The notes beneath the pieces were generated by a model, which searched no databases, was not told the origin of the DNA, and saw only the letters and a program-made list of their open reading frames with translations. Positions 50,986-62,368 of a DNA stretch of 64,000 bases are shown piece after piece. The stretch's first letter is position 1. Every line of letters begins with the position of its first letter. The position numbers were made by a program, and so were the translations under genes. This DNA comes from Polymyxa betae A26-41 (Eukaryota > Protista > Endomyxa: Phytomyxea), in contig RBZT01000790.1 of the NCBI GenBank assembly GCA_003693705.1, forward strand, positions 32,033 through 96,032. Reading direction: 5' to 3'.

Positions 50986-53900
50986 TGGAAAGCCCTTCGT
51001 CAACTACTTCAAATAGATTGCGGATGAGGAATTTCATCTTGGGAGACTCACGAAACCAGCTAAGATCTGTTTCTAAAATGCGGACATAGTCAAAATATGA
51101 GTGCGCCCCAGTACCGATTTGGCTATTTTCACCAATGTAAAATTCGGAACGATCTTGCTCCACAAATCGTGTCGATAGATATTCTTTTTCATAAACAGCG
51201 CCATTTACGTTCTCACTTCCTGCCTAGAAAGAATTTAAAAAAAGCAAATGCATTCTGAAACCGCTAAGCTTACATTCGAGACGCAATCACCGTAAGGGAT
51301 GGAACAGTCACTATCAAACGTCGATTCCCAGGATGGCATTTGATTTTTGATCTGAACACGGAAGCGAGTACAGTAACAGAATGATTATGGAGACTAACAG
51401 ATACCTTCCAGTTGGTCACGTCTCATTTCAGGATGGATAAAGAGCCTGTTGAATATTGAATTCAAATCGGTCTTGGTTGATTTGTGTTTACTAAGTTCGA
51501 TTGTACTAAACACCGGCGAAGTGTTTTCCATGTCATGATTTAAGAATGTAAATTCCCGCTCAAGAAATACTGATGCCAGTCAGAATAACAATAAGCCCTT
51601 AGGTTTAAAATTTAACCTTCGTCCAGCATGCAATTGCAAGCTTGGCGAAGCCGAAGCATCCCCAAAAGTTTTAGTTTTTTCGCTGGGTCTTTATCCTAAA
51701 GGCAATATGAAAAACATAATGGCAGCTTTAAATGCCCAACAATCAGTGCCTGAAACAATTCATGTGCTTGAGTATAAAGTATTTCGTCCCCTTTTCGAAA
51801 TTTTAGGCGATGAATTGTAGAGTGTCTGACAAATGTTAAACATTCAAGTTGGGAACAGCAGCAGAACCTACTTAGGTGGCAGTACAACCAATGGATCACC
51901 ATTTTCATCCTTATCGAGTTTGGTACGACGAATCATGATTCCCTTCAAAACCGGATGAAGTCGTTTGATGCCTTGGCTGTCCAACATCCGGTTTTCTAAG
52001 ATTTACACAAACCGTTTTTAAGAAAATTTTGAGCGAATTCTTTTACGGTTGGGCTCACCGAAAAGCTCAACCCATTCGCGTTCGAGGCAGAAAGGAAAGT
52101 AACGAAGAAACCGAAACGCCGAATACATTTCTCGCAATTCATTCTGCAAGCGAGTCGCTAATCGATAACATAGATACACAAATCGACAAGAACAAATGAC
52201 GATATCGAGACATTACCTGACATTAACCACCTGTTACACAAAGAAATCTCAGCATCAGATTGGGACGGTCACCACCGTATAGCTACCTCGTTTGCGATTC
52301 TAGACCAAAAACGGCCTTTGCCATGGCAGTATTGTGGTTCTTGATAACGTGCGCTTCCTACCAGATCCCATAGTTAAATCTGGGTTTCGAAACAAATTAC
52401 GCTGCATACGTCAAGAACAATTCGAAACCAATGAATAGCTTTCAGCAACACTGATGATACTACTGTCTGGACCCGAAGATTAAAGCGTTGAAGCCTCGGT
52501 TACATCCCAAACCTGGTATGTCGTAATTATAACGTCAAACTCGGTTGCTTTTGAGAGGTCCTTAAGCTGACTGTGTCCATGGTGGATGTGAACTCGAAGA
52601 CTGTTTGGGAAGGTATGTCGTTGAATTTCCTGATGCCACTAAGGAAAGTCAGAATAGCCACTTAAAAAATGAAAGAGATATATTTGCCTGGTTGACGAGG
52701 GCCAGAGGACACACAACCAAAGTGGTCGCGGAACGGATTCTATCCATGTAGGATTCACCGTTTGGATTCAAAGGGAGCGGTTCAGATTGTGATTGTTTTA
52801 AATCTGACTCCGATGGCAACGAGGTGAGTGTCAAAGCGATCATTTGAACAGTTTTGCCAAGTCCCATATCTAAAACCCAAATGTTAAACCATAATCAGCA
52901 AATCCTTAAATTTGCTGCCATGCCGTCAGCAACGATCCCTCCTCTTGGATCCCCATCCTTCTTATTATCCCGTTCTCTCTCATACATCCAGCTAAAACAC
53001 AGTTGTTGATGCGGGAGGAGCTTCACTGTCAGCTTTTCGCTAACTGTGATCTACTGGTAAGTTGAGCGTAAACCAATTCAATAGGAACGAGAGCGGGCTC
53101 ACATTTTGCACGTTTGATTTCCTAGCTAGTGATTCATAGAGGACACGATAATCAAATTTCTTAACCAAAATCGCATTCAGTGGCACACAAAATCAAGCTT
53201 GGCGAATCTAGCTTACGACGTCGTCCTTAAGATCTTCGCTTGCAGCAGCAGCAACATCAAAATCACCGTTACCACCTATAGCTTCACGACTTTAAAGGTT
53301 TAGGCGGCGCTCCATCTCATATGCTTACGAACAATCGGACCAACTTTATACTTAACAATTGGACCGACGTCAAAGACATTTTCGAGAGCGAGATCAGGCG
53401 GCGATTGATCAGGATACATCTAAATTCAAGTATCAATTGGGAGGGGGCACAAATTTCAAACTAAAGGAATGGGACCCTGTTATAAGCAAGCGCATCCAAA
53501 TGCTCCTCGAGTGTTTTTTTCCAAAGTTTGCTCTCGTCACGCAGGAATATCTTGTCGGCTAACAACGCTTGCGATTCAAATATGTTTTCCTGGAAAGTCT
53601 CTTCCGATTCCACCGCATACTCTGTCTGTCGTTATACGTACTCAGATATCGGCAACGGGATTACGGTTGGGAGGCGGTTTTTGTACACGGAATTCATCCG
53701 GGTCCGAGTTCTCATTCGAATCAGTTGTAGTCACGTTAGAATCCAGGCTTTCTACAGCATCACCGAGTCGTGTATGCTCCTCGGCCCAAGGATTATTAGC
53801 AATATCAGATTCAGTTCGGGACGAGTTAGAATGCATAGTAGAACAATGCGGTTGACCGACATCTGCCCACTGATGAAACCTGATAAAATTTACTTAATGG

Positions 53901-56585
53901 GAAATGGGGTCGATAGCAAGTTTACCTGCATGAACGGGAAGCACAGACATAGAGTTCGCATTCGTTAGAGTGGCTTTCGTGAGAGATTGAAATAATAGCA
54001 GATTTCCCGCAATGGCAATGGGGTGGTGTTGAAATCTTTTGGTGTGACAAGCTTTCGATTGCGTTTGATGCTTTCGGATGGATCTCATTTGCAGCAATGG
54101 CTTTGCTGGCGACGTTGTCGGACCACTGGAAGAACCTACAAAGCTCAAAGAAAATATTGGGACCAGGCAAAGTGATTCACGTTGAGACCTGCAACGTGTT
54201 TTAGTTCCACAAACGTAATATTCTCTTCCTTTGTTCTTTTCACTTTCAGACACTTTTAATTTCGCTGGCTTTGAACAGTGACAGCAGGGTCTTTCTGACG
54301 GGATAGGGGGCTTCTTTCCTTCTGCAACAACGACATTAAGGCAACATGGTCAAACCACTGAAAAAAACTACAAGCCCAGCCTAAATATTGAAATCTGGTA
54401 AAGCGATATAACCACAGGCCCGCAACGTTTTTCAGTTCCACAAGTATAGTATTCTTTTCCTCTGTTCTTTTCGCTTTTAGCCACCTTAAATAAAGCTGGT
54501 TTTGAACAGTGGCAGGATGGTCTTCCTGACGGCACAGGGATCTTCTCTACCAGCGAAAAATACCTGTAAGGATGATTAGAGGCATCATGAAGCTGCTCAT
54601 ATTTCGTGTCGTACGTGCAGTGAGGTTCTCCCGACCCCCAGTTTCTACAGCCGAAGAACTCCCGACCCTCAAGCAATCCCGGTTGCTGAACCACTCTGCG
54701 AGCTGGTGGCCTCCGGTCAGGGCAAAAACAGTGTAGGTCGCCAGCTGCAATAGACTGGATAACGGCAGCAGCTCGCCTGAATCCAGCACGTAGCAGACTC
54801 ATAACATTACGGAACGGCGAATCTGAAGCGACTCATGAAGGTTCCCTCATCATCGACATTATGATACATTATCATGTCCATTATGCATACAGTATTACCT
54901 CTTTCATCAATTTTTTTGTTGGCAAACGAGAGCCAAAAATAGGAAATACCAAGTGAATGGAACTCTTCCTAAAAATCATTGGTGCCAGATACTGCTATCG
55001 AAAGGGGGCGGCGATTCTGGGCACGTTTGATTAGAAGGAAACGGGGGCGAAGAGTGCTGTTAGAATGTAATCGAAATGGATGAATAAGGGCGATGAAGTT
55101 TATACCAATAGCGAGAGAATGAACAGGTGCGGCTCTTATATCACCATCGGAAATGTTGTTCCAATGCCACTCCATCAGAGCTAATCAGAGACGTAGCCTG
55201 ACTTTGCTTATGATATTGTACTTCTAGAACCTCTTCTGCAATGGTCTCTGATGATCTGTAGCACGCCGCTTCGCTGATACGATGTTAATGGTGGACTATT
55301 GGTTTCTCGAGCATTGCCTTCAAAGCAAGTGGCCTCTGACGCGGCACTTTCAATTGTGATGAACGTTCTATATTACTGTCATTAGATATTAGAGTTTCAA
55401 ACCATCAATTAGACAAGGATCTTGTTTACTTATTGCAGATATCGTTTTGGGAGCATTGGCAATCACACTTCCTACAATAGCTGTTAGCTTCCATTCGTTT
55501 GGGTCACTGAGAGAAATGGCAAGGTGGTCGTCCCCATCCAGCAGGACGGAAGTGTCCAATGGCGTCACGGAGCAGGGATTGCACCGACGACATCACCCTC
55601 GAGACCGTCTTTGATACTATGAGGTCGTAACGGCAATAATTAACAGACGACCCGACAAATGTATTATCACGATACAATGACATGAGATCTGCTGACAAAA
55701 CATCCTATGTTAGGGTTTACCACAAACGGAGTTTTGTGTCGACAGGACCGGTAACGAAAAAGGCAGTCGCGCATCCCTTCAGCAGTGTCTGCAGAAACAC
55801 GCATTTTAACAGGATTGCTCGGATCACGCACTGCCTGCAATGAATGTTCTTTTTGTGGTCACCTGTCAGAATCAATTTCGGGCAAAGCCAGCAGAGCTCG
55901 TTGCAGATGCCACGAAACGACGAATGAATCGTTGCCGAATGACGAGAGCTTATCGCAGCGTTCATATCAGGGACGAACAACCGATGGAGAAAGGTTAAAT
56001 GCGATCAACGTGACGCCGAAAGCAGCGGCATGAGCAAGCAGAAACGGCTGATTGGACAGGATAATCCTGGAGCCGTTTTTGTGAGCAGCACACGTGATTA
56101 TACTATGGCGTCACCTATCATTGTATTCGACTTGGACGACGTCAGCAGTGAGAGCAAAATTCGCACGCACAGTATGGTAACAATCTTTATTCAAGGTCAT
56201 AAAGATGACTCCCCTCCTGTGGGCAGATGTCGCCTGCTGATTACAAACAGCGCAATTATCAGACTTTATCGGCATAATCGGCTATGTTAACGACAAGCTC
56301 GGAGGCAGTTCAAACAATCTGGAAGGATCGCCAATAACCAAGCAGTTTCGCTCACCCATGACAGTCCGCAATGCATGAAAGCAAATTCCCACATCATACT
56401 TGCGCGACTGTGACAGAGTCTTAAAAAAATGATTTCGCATTTCTATATTCCCTTTTCTCCGATCCCAGGACTTATCAGCTTTTTAGTAACGTGTTGGAAA
56501 GATGCGACAGTCTAATCCCACCTGGGGTTAGGGTTTAGGGTTTGACATTTGGCGACATTGCTCTCCTGCCAGTCTCCCATTCATA

Positions 56586-57143
56586 ATGGCGGCTGGGTTG
56601 GAGAGTCTGGTGCCCGATGTCATTCCCGACCAGCCACAATACCAGCTGAAGGTTTCGTTCACGGGTGACCTGAAGGTCACCCCAGGGCTTGAGCTTCGGC
56701 CCAGGCAGGTTCGCGACGCGCCGATTGTCGAATGGGAAGCCGACCCCGACAAGCTCTACACGCTGATGATGGTCGACCCAGATGCTCCATCCCGACAGAA
56801 TCCAGTTCGTCGTGATTGCCTGCATTGGCTGGTCTTCAATATCCCAGGAAGCGACATGAAGAAAGGCGAGACCAAAGCTGCATATATTGGATCAGGAGCT
56901 CCTCAAGGCAGTGGTCTTCATCGTTATACTTTCTTGGTCTGCCAGCAGCCTGGATCACTCAATCTGGACGAGATGGAATCGGCTGACAAGACGCAGATCA
57001 AACCTCGGCTGTGCTTCAAGACTCTCCAGTTCTTGCAATCTCACAATCTGCAACCGCTCGCTGCGAACTTCTTCCAGGCTGAATGGGACGACTATGTTCC
57101 TGAGCTGCATGCTCAGTTCGGTTATAAACCTACACCTGCTTAA
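56586..57143 (+). CDS. Phosphatidylethanolamine-binding protein (PEBP/RKIP)
   Basis: YTLMMVDPDAPSR, LHWLV.NIPG, GSGLHRY.F, ANFF.AEWD. Confidence 0.97.
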   Translation: MAAGLESLVPDVIPDQPQYQLKVSFTGDLKVTPGLELRPRQVRDAPIVEWEADPDKLYTLMMVDPDAPSRQNPVRRDCLHWLVFNIPGSDMKKGETKAAYIGSGAPQGSGLHRYTFLVCQQPGSLNLDEMESADKTQIKPRLCFKTLQFLQSHNLQPLAANFFQAEWDDYVPELHAQFGYKPTPA

Positions 57144-57377
57144 AGGTTAACATAGCAAGAGGGGAACGTTTTCGCTGCGAGCATTGTTCAAAATCGAAAA
57201 CATCGGAGTCGCTGAGCTAGAGCGACCTAGTTGCTTATAAAGGGTTTTTCGAATTGCTTTCACATATTAGGTCAGAACTGATAGAATTACGTATGAGATC
57301 GTTGATCAAAGGTAGAGCTATGATGTGCATTATGATTACAGCTGGAATAATTAAGTATGATGCATCAAGTCCTTCGA

Positions 57378-58145
57378 TCAAACATTCCTTTTCCGGAGGC
57401 GATCCTCAAGTTCTGAGACGTGATCGTGGTGCACAAGACCAGGAAGCGAATCCCAAGGCAAACGCATCGTACTGGTCGGCGTACTTGGCGATTCCAGGGT
57501 CGACCAAACATCCGCAAACGACTTGAGGTTCTTGGCGGGGACGCCCAGCAATTGGAGCCGCCGATCATCCTGGATCGCCGGCAGCAGCTCACTATCGTCT
57601 TGATCGGACTCGCTGTTGGCGAACCCGCTGAACGAACGGCTGCGTAACAGTTGCGACGACTCGTCCAAGCAACGAGCGAGATCGGCTTGCGGCACCAACT
57701 CTCCAATCGTCGTTGTCTGTGATTCGTCGAAGTCTCGACTATTAAGGCGACCGATTCTCCTCGTGATTCCGCTTCGTGCTCGAGAGATGCCGGTCTTGGC
57801 GCTGCAACGCGATGCATAGCTCTTCGACGTCTGATACGGGCCGGCATTCCCGGCGGTGACATCATAGCGGGCGATACGACGCGGGTTCGACTTCGACACC
57901 ACGAACGAGGTGCTCGGTCGTCGTTTGAGTGCGACCGAGCCGAACATGACCGTCTTCTTGACGCCGCCGCTGACCGGCTTCATCGCCGACTTCAAGGGCG
58001 AGCCGCTCTCGGACGGCGTCTCGATACTGACGAGCTCCAAGCTCGGTGCGATATCCGGGGTCTTCTGCAGCATGGGGCGGTCTCCCTCAGAGGCGACGGC
58101 GGTCAGGCCGAGGACCGCTACGACCAGAATCAGCCATTGGAACAT
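57378..58145 (-). CDS. Secreted hypothetical protein (effector candidate)
   Basis: CCACCATG start, signal peptide MFQWLILVVAVLGLTAVAS, Ser-rich body. Confidence 0.7.
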   Translation of the reverse strand: MFQWLILVVAVLGLTAVASEGDRPMLQKTPDIAPSLELVSIETPSESGSPLKSAMKPVSGGVKKTVMFGSVALKRRPSTSFVVSKSNPRRIARYDVTAGNAGPYQTSKSYASRCSAKTGISRARSGITRRIGRLNSRDFDESQTTTIGELVPQADLARCLDESSQLLRSRSFSGFANSESDQDDSELLPAIQDDRRLQLLGVPAKNLKSFADVWSTLESPSTPTSTMRLPWDSLPGLVHHDHVSELEDRLRKRNV

Positions 58146-58433
58146 GGTGGATGGCGATCCGAAAGGCGCTAAGAGACGGACTCCGTCCCGGATCCCGCGA
58201 TCCCGGGTCAAAATCGATCATGTTGCCGCGACCGGGTCCATCTCATCCCCGGAGGCGGGTTGGGTTGAGGTGCGCGGAATCGGTCGAGATGATGGTCCTC
58301 GTTTCCGCCATAATCGCCGGAATGGGGCCCGGAATCGGGGGTCCTGGGGCCGGGTTGAGTCACGATCGCCCGTTCCGGCGAACAGCGTCGAGTCATGCTG
58401 GCCGTCGTCGTCGTTATCTAACTTAACCCGCCG

Positions 58434-59275
58434 ATGGAGAGCCTCCCGCTTAATTTAATGCTGGTCGTGTTCCGGTACCTGCCCATCGACGAGGTCGTGC
58501 ACGGCCCGTATCGGGCCACGTCCCGCTATCTGCAGCAATGCTCGGAGGCGTATCTCGGTACATTGCAGGAGATCGTCGTTCGGCCCGGATTTCGGGCGAA
58601 GACGACCGCCACAGCTCCGCGCCTGCAATCGTTGATCATCGCCACGAATCGCGCCTCGAGCTGCGTCGACGACTCGCTACGCCTGCTGGTTCGAGACTGC
58701 CCGCGTCTAGTGCGAATCGCCTTTGAGAGCGGCTCGGTGATCTCTGCCTCGACGCTGGAGATCTTACAAAAAGGTACGACCGGGCTTCGTGTGATGCTTT
58801 CGGCGTTAGATGGCTGTTAGGATGCCCAAAGGTCGTCTCGATCGCGATGCCGAGCTGTAATGTTACCGATGATCATCTTCGGGTCGTGTCGCGCTTCCGA
58901 GACCTGCAGCGGCTCGACCTATCGGGCTGCGATCGCCTCACCGACGCCGGCATTCGTCATCTGGCTCGCGGATGCACGAAGCTCCAGGCCCTGGTTCTGT
59001 CCGGCTGTCCGAAGATCAGCGACAACGCCCTGGAGCTGTTAACCGATCATTGTCCGCTAACATCATCGCCTCGGTCCGCCGGTCAACGCCCTTTCGAACA
59101 TTTGCAGACGCTGGATCTGAGCGAGACGGATATCTCGGATTCCGGCGTCGATCTGGTTCGTTCCCGATGCCCGCATATCGAGCAATTCGTCGCCAACCAT
59201 TGCTATCGTCTCTCTGTATATCCAAACCTATATGAGATGTTCGCCACGAGCTGTGCCTTTCAGCCGGCCGCATAG
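58434..59275 (+). CDS. F-box/LRR-repeat protein
   Basis: N-terminal LP....VF.YL F-box pattern; LDLSGC..LTD.G LRRs; one intron near 58774-58820. Confidence 0.88.
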
Positions 59276-59831
59276 CTCACCCCGATTCATGGTTGAGCTT
59301 CGATTAGAAGTAGCGACGCTTGTCGGGGACCATGGTCATGACCTGCCTCTCTCGTCGATACTGAACGTCTGGATTTTCTGTCTATTCAAATTTTAATAAA
59401 ATGAACCAATACAATGCTGTTATAACTTTAATTGCTGTGGTTTGATGGGAGAATAATTGATCATGAATTGGAGCCCGAGTTCGACCGGGTCTAGGGTTTA
59501 GGGTTTGGAAGATTTCAAACACTGTTCGACGATTGTTCGTGATACCTTTGATAGTCGGCAGATGAGCTGGACGATCTACAGAGCTCGAGCCCAACTTGGT
59601 CCACCTTAACGTTCTACGGTTGTTAAATGTCGAGAGGTAGAGGCGGTGTCAGTGGCTTCTGGATATCGAGGCTCTTTCTGCAGCTGTTAAAATCACCTTA
59701 TCTATAAAAACGGCATTTAACGTGAATTTCCATTTTCGGAATTGGCGGAATGGGGGATTATTACAACGGTTTATTGGGGATGCAAATGGGATTTGGAATT
59801 CGGGGTTTTAAAGGGAATCAATCGCACGCGC

Positions 59832-60568
59832 TCATGCTGCCTGACAATTGAATCGTGATAGAGCCGATCCTTTGATGGCATAGGTCGAGCGAGACCGCTT
59901 GCAGGCTCCGGCGTTGGTCGAGTAGAAGCCTTCTTTGGGGACGTCGTAGATCGAGTCACTATACGAAGTACATTCAAGGATTACGGGCACATTCGGGTTG
60001 TTCTCATAAGTCTGAAAGACGCGCCACGAACGACAGTCCGGATTCCTGCCAAATCCAACGGTTAATTGATGCAAGGTCTAGGGTTTAGGGTTTCCACGTA
60101 CGAGCCACAGGCCTGTGAGCAGGTTGTGGTGAAGGCGGCCACGTTGCCGTCGAGCGTTGGTCCGAACTGTGCTGGTACTAATGTTGTGTATGAGTCCAAA
60201 ACAGGACCGCTGTAGTTTCCACAAATCGTCAGGATCTGCGATCCATCTGGAATCGGGATCGCCACGTTCTTCTCGTAAATCTGTCCTTTATCGGTGATGG
60301 GAGCCACATTATTATGAACCGCAGGCGTCATGCATCGTCGTAGCTGATACATGGTGCAGTACGTCGAGAACTGGATCGATTGGCAGAGGGGGTCTTGATC
60401 GCAGGCATTGGCGCAGGCCTGCAGAGACACAATCGACTGATCAATGTTGGTCAGAGGGCCGGCATCAATGTAGTCGTTGTCGGCGACCAACGTGTAGCCA
60501 GTCGGAGCAGTTTGTGCCTGAACCGTCAAAGCTAGAACAGACAATGCTACCAGCGCCAAATTCGACAT
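59832..60568 (-). CDS. Secreted Cys-rich protein with two PAN/apple-like modules
   Basis: Signal peptide; CANACDQDPLC and CSQACGSNPDC after splicing intron 60046-60101. Confidence 0.75.
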
Positions 60569-61391
60569 TATAAGGAATGAGCTTCGAGAGACAAGACGCG
60601 AGCGCTTTATGTGCTGTGACCAGACCGCGCCAGGTTTGAGTTTGCGTTTGCGTTTCATTCGATGCAGCCGTCAGAGTCGAAGGATGGGGCCGCTCCCAGT
60701 CCAGCTCAATAATTGCTAAGAAAACGCAGCCCTCTATAACCTCACAGCGTTTAAGTTTCGCAGGTCACAGGGTCGCCTGAGGTATGACCAAGTACGTCGA
60801 AGGTACCCTCAGCCGACATAGACGAGACGACAGCACTTCAGATTAATCAGAGAACTGTTATTGATTTCGATGAAATCGGGCAGGTTTGTATGGACGCCTC
60901 AACAATATCGTCGAGCTGTGCTCGTGACGGGTCGCCCTCTCGCGATCGTGCTTGAACAGCCTTCCTCTCGATTAGCAACCCTGTCTGAACAGGATACCTG
61001 TCAGCTACAAATGAACGTTGCAGCACAGTCGCCGTGACGAGCTCGCTGAGAAGCTGCTGTAACAATAATTAATAGCTGGATGTTTATTATTGACCAATGT
61101 CACTCGTGATCTTAATAAATCGACTCCATTTGCGGTTCGCACTGCGAAACGCCATCATAGTCAATGCTTCTCGATCGTCGAAAATGCCGAATCCAGAACG
61201 GTCGCGCATTCAAGTTCGTTCGTTAACGTTCACGTTTGTCTTGCAAAGTAGAGTAGGTTCTTTACGATCACGTAGGAAAGTTTAACTTCTAAAGAATCCG
61301 ATCATGAAGATCTGTGACTCATGGTTTCGTTCAATATCCGATCCGATGGGCTCTTTAATCCCCTAAATTGGCAGGCCCGCCCACAGCATCG

Positions 61392-62325
61392 ATGCAATCC
61401 GCATTGAAGTTGGGATCGCCCGGGGATCACGATCTCCTCCCATCTCATCGCAATCAGATTCTCGGACGACGAGGATCTCTTCGCCATTTTGCAGATGGTC
61501 TGATCTCGTTGTCCATCATCACATTGCTGATCTTGGTGACCCATCTCATCCCTCCTTATCAGACCAAAGTCGCTGATGCCGATCCCGCCTATAACGTCGG
61601 TTGCCATTTCCACCTGCGAGATGCCTCTGAACATTTACAGTACGAATACCGAGATGAGCAAGTTCCGCCTTCTGCCGTATTCGTTGTTGGCGCCCTCTCT
61701 TGGATGCTGGTCGCCATCTCAGCCGTCGTCATCTGGCGTGATCCAGCCGATTGTTATCGTAGCTTGCTGGTGTGGGCGTTGGCGATCGCCCTCACCTATC
61801 TCGTGACGAATGCGTTGAAGATTTCTGTCGGAAAGCCCAGGCCGAATTACTTCAACAATCCCGTACGCTTTGGCGCCTTTCTGATCTTGTTGTTTCTGAT
61901 CGGTTACAGAACAAGATAGATCGAGGTCTGAGCTTTCCATCCGGACATAGCTCAATATCAATGGCAGCTTGTCATCTCCTGTTTCTCTGGTTTCAATACC
62001 ATCTCAGGTATTGGTTGCCTATCTATGAAATCCGGTTGGTGACGACCATGTTAGCGATCAGAGCCGTTTCAAATTCACGACCACGCTGATCTGCGCTTTG
62101 CCCCATCTATTAGCTGGATGGATTGCGATCACCAGAATTCATGATTTCTATCATGATTCCGTCGACGTAACGGTTGGTGCTCTGATAGGTTTAGCGATGT
62201 CCAGGTTGGCGTTCTTCCGTCATTATGCAATACAGCGTAACAGAACAGCAAGCGAACTTCCGAGGGTTCTTGTTAAAACGAAACAGCAAGTTATTGCCAA
62301 TAACATATCATCAAATGAAGAATAA
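61392..62325 (+). CDS. PAP2-family lipid phosphate phosphatase
   Basis: K..VGKPRP, SFPSGHSS, TRI.D.YH...DV..G. Confidence 0.92.
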
Positions 62326-62368
62326 ACAGATGCACCGATGAGAACTAAGAGCGCTTCTATAATGTTAA

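Larger units (their letters stand above)
49062..51010 (+). mobile_element. Endogenous CRESS-DNA-virus-like / rolling-circle element (boundaries approximate)
   Basis: Foreign-looking block between SNF2-homologous segments; contains Rep, a nonamer with hairpins, and a second spliced ORF. Confidence 0.85.
48903..54802 (-). pseudogene. SNF2-family helicase copy 2 with about 4 GRF fingers; helicase-C exons absent and occupied by the Rep element
   Basis: Same exon layout as copy 1 up to SPKMKFLIRNL (about 51015); last exon IIEGTIEE (48903-49060) retained; no SQW, GLNL or RIGQ exons seen. Confidence 0.8.

Noticed and set aside
49062-51010. Helitron
   Set aside because: Helicase is SF3-type, not Pif1/SF1; no TC...CTRR termini identified
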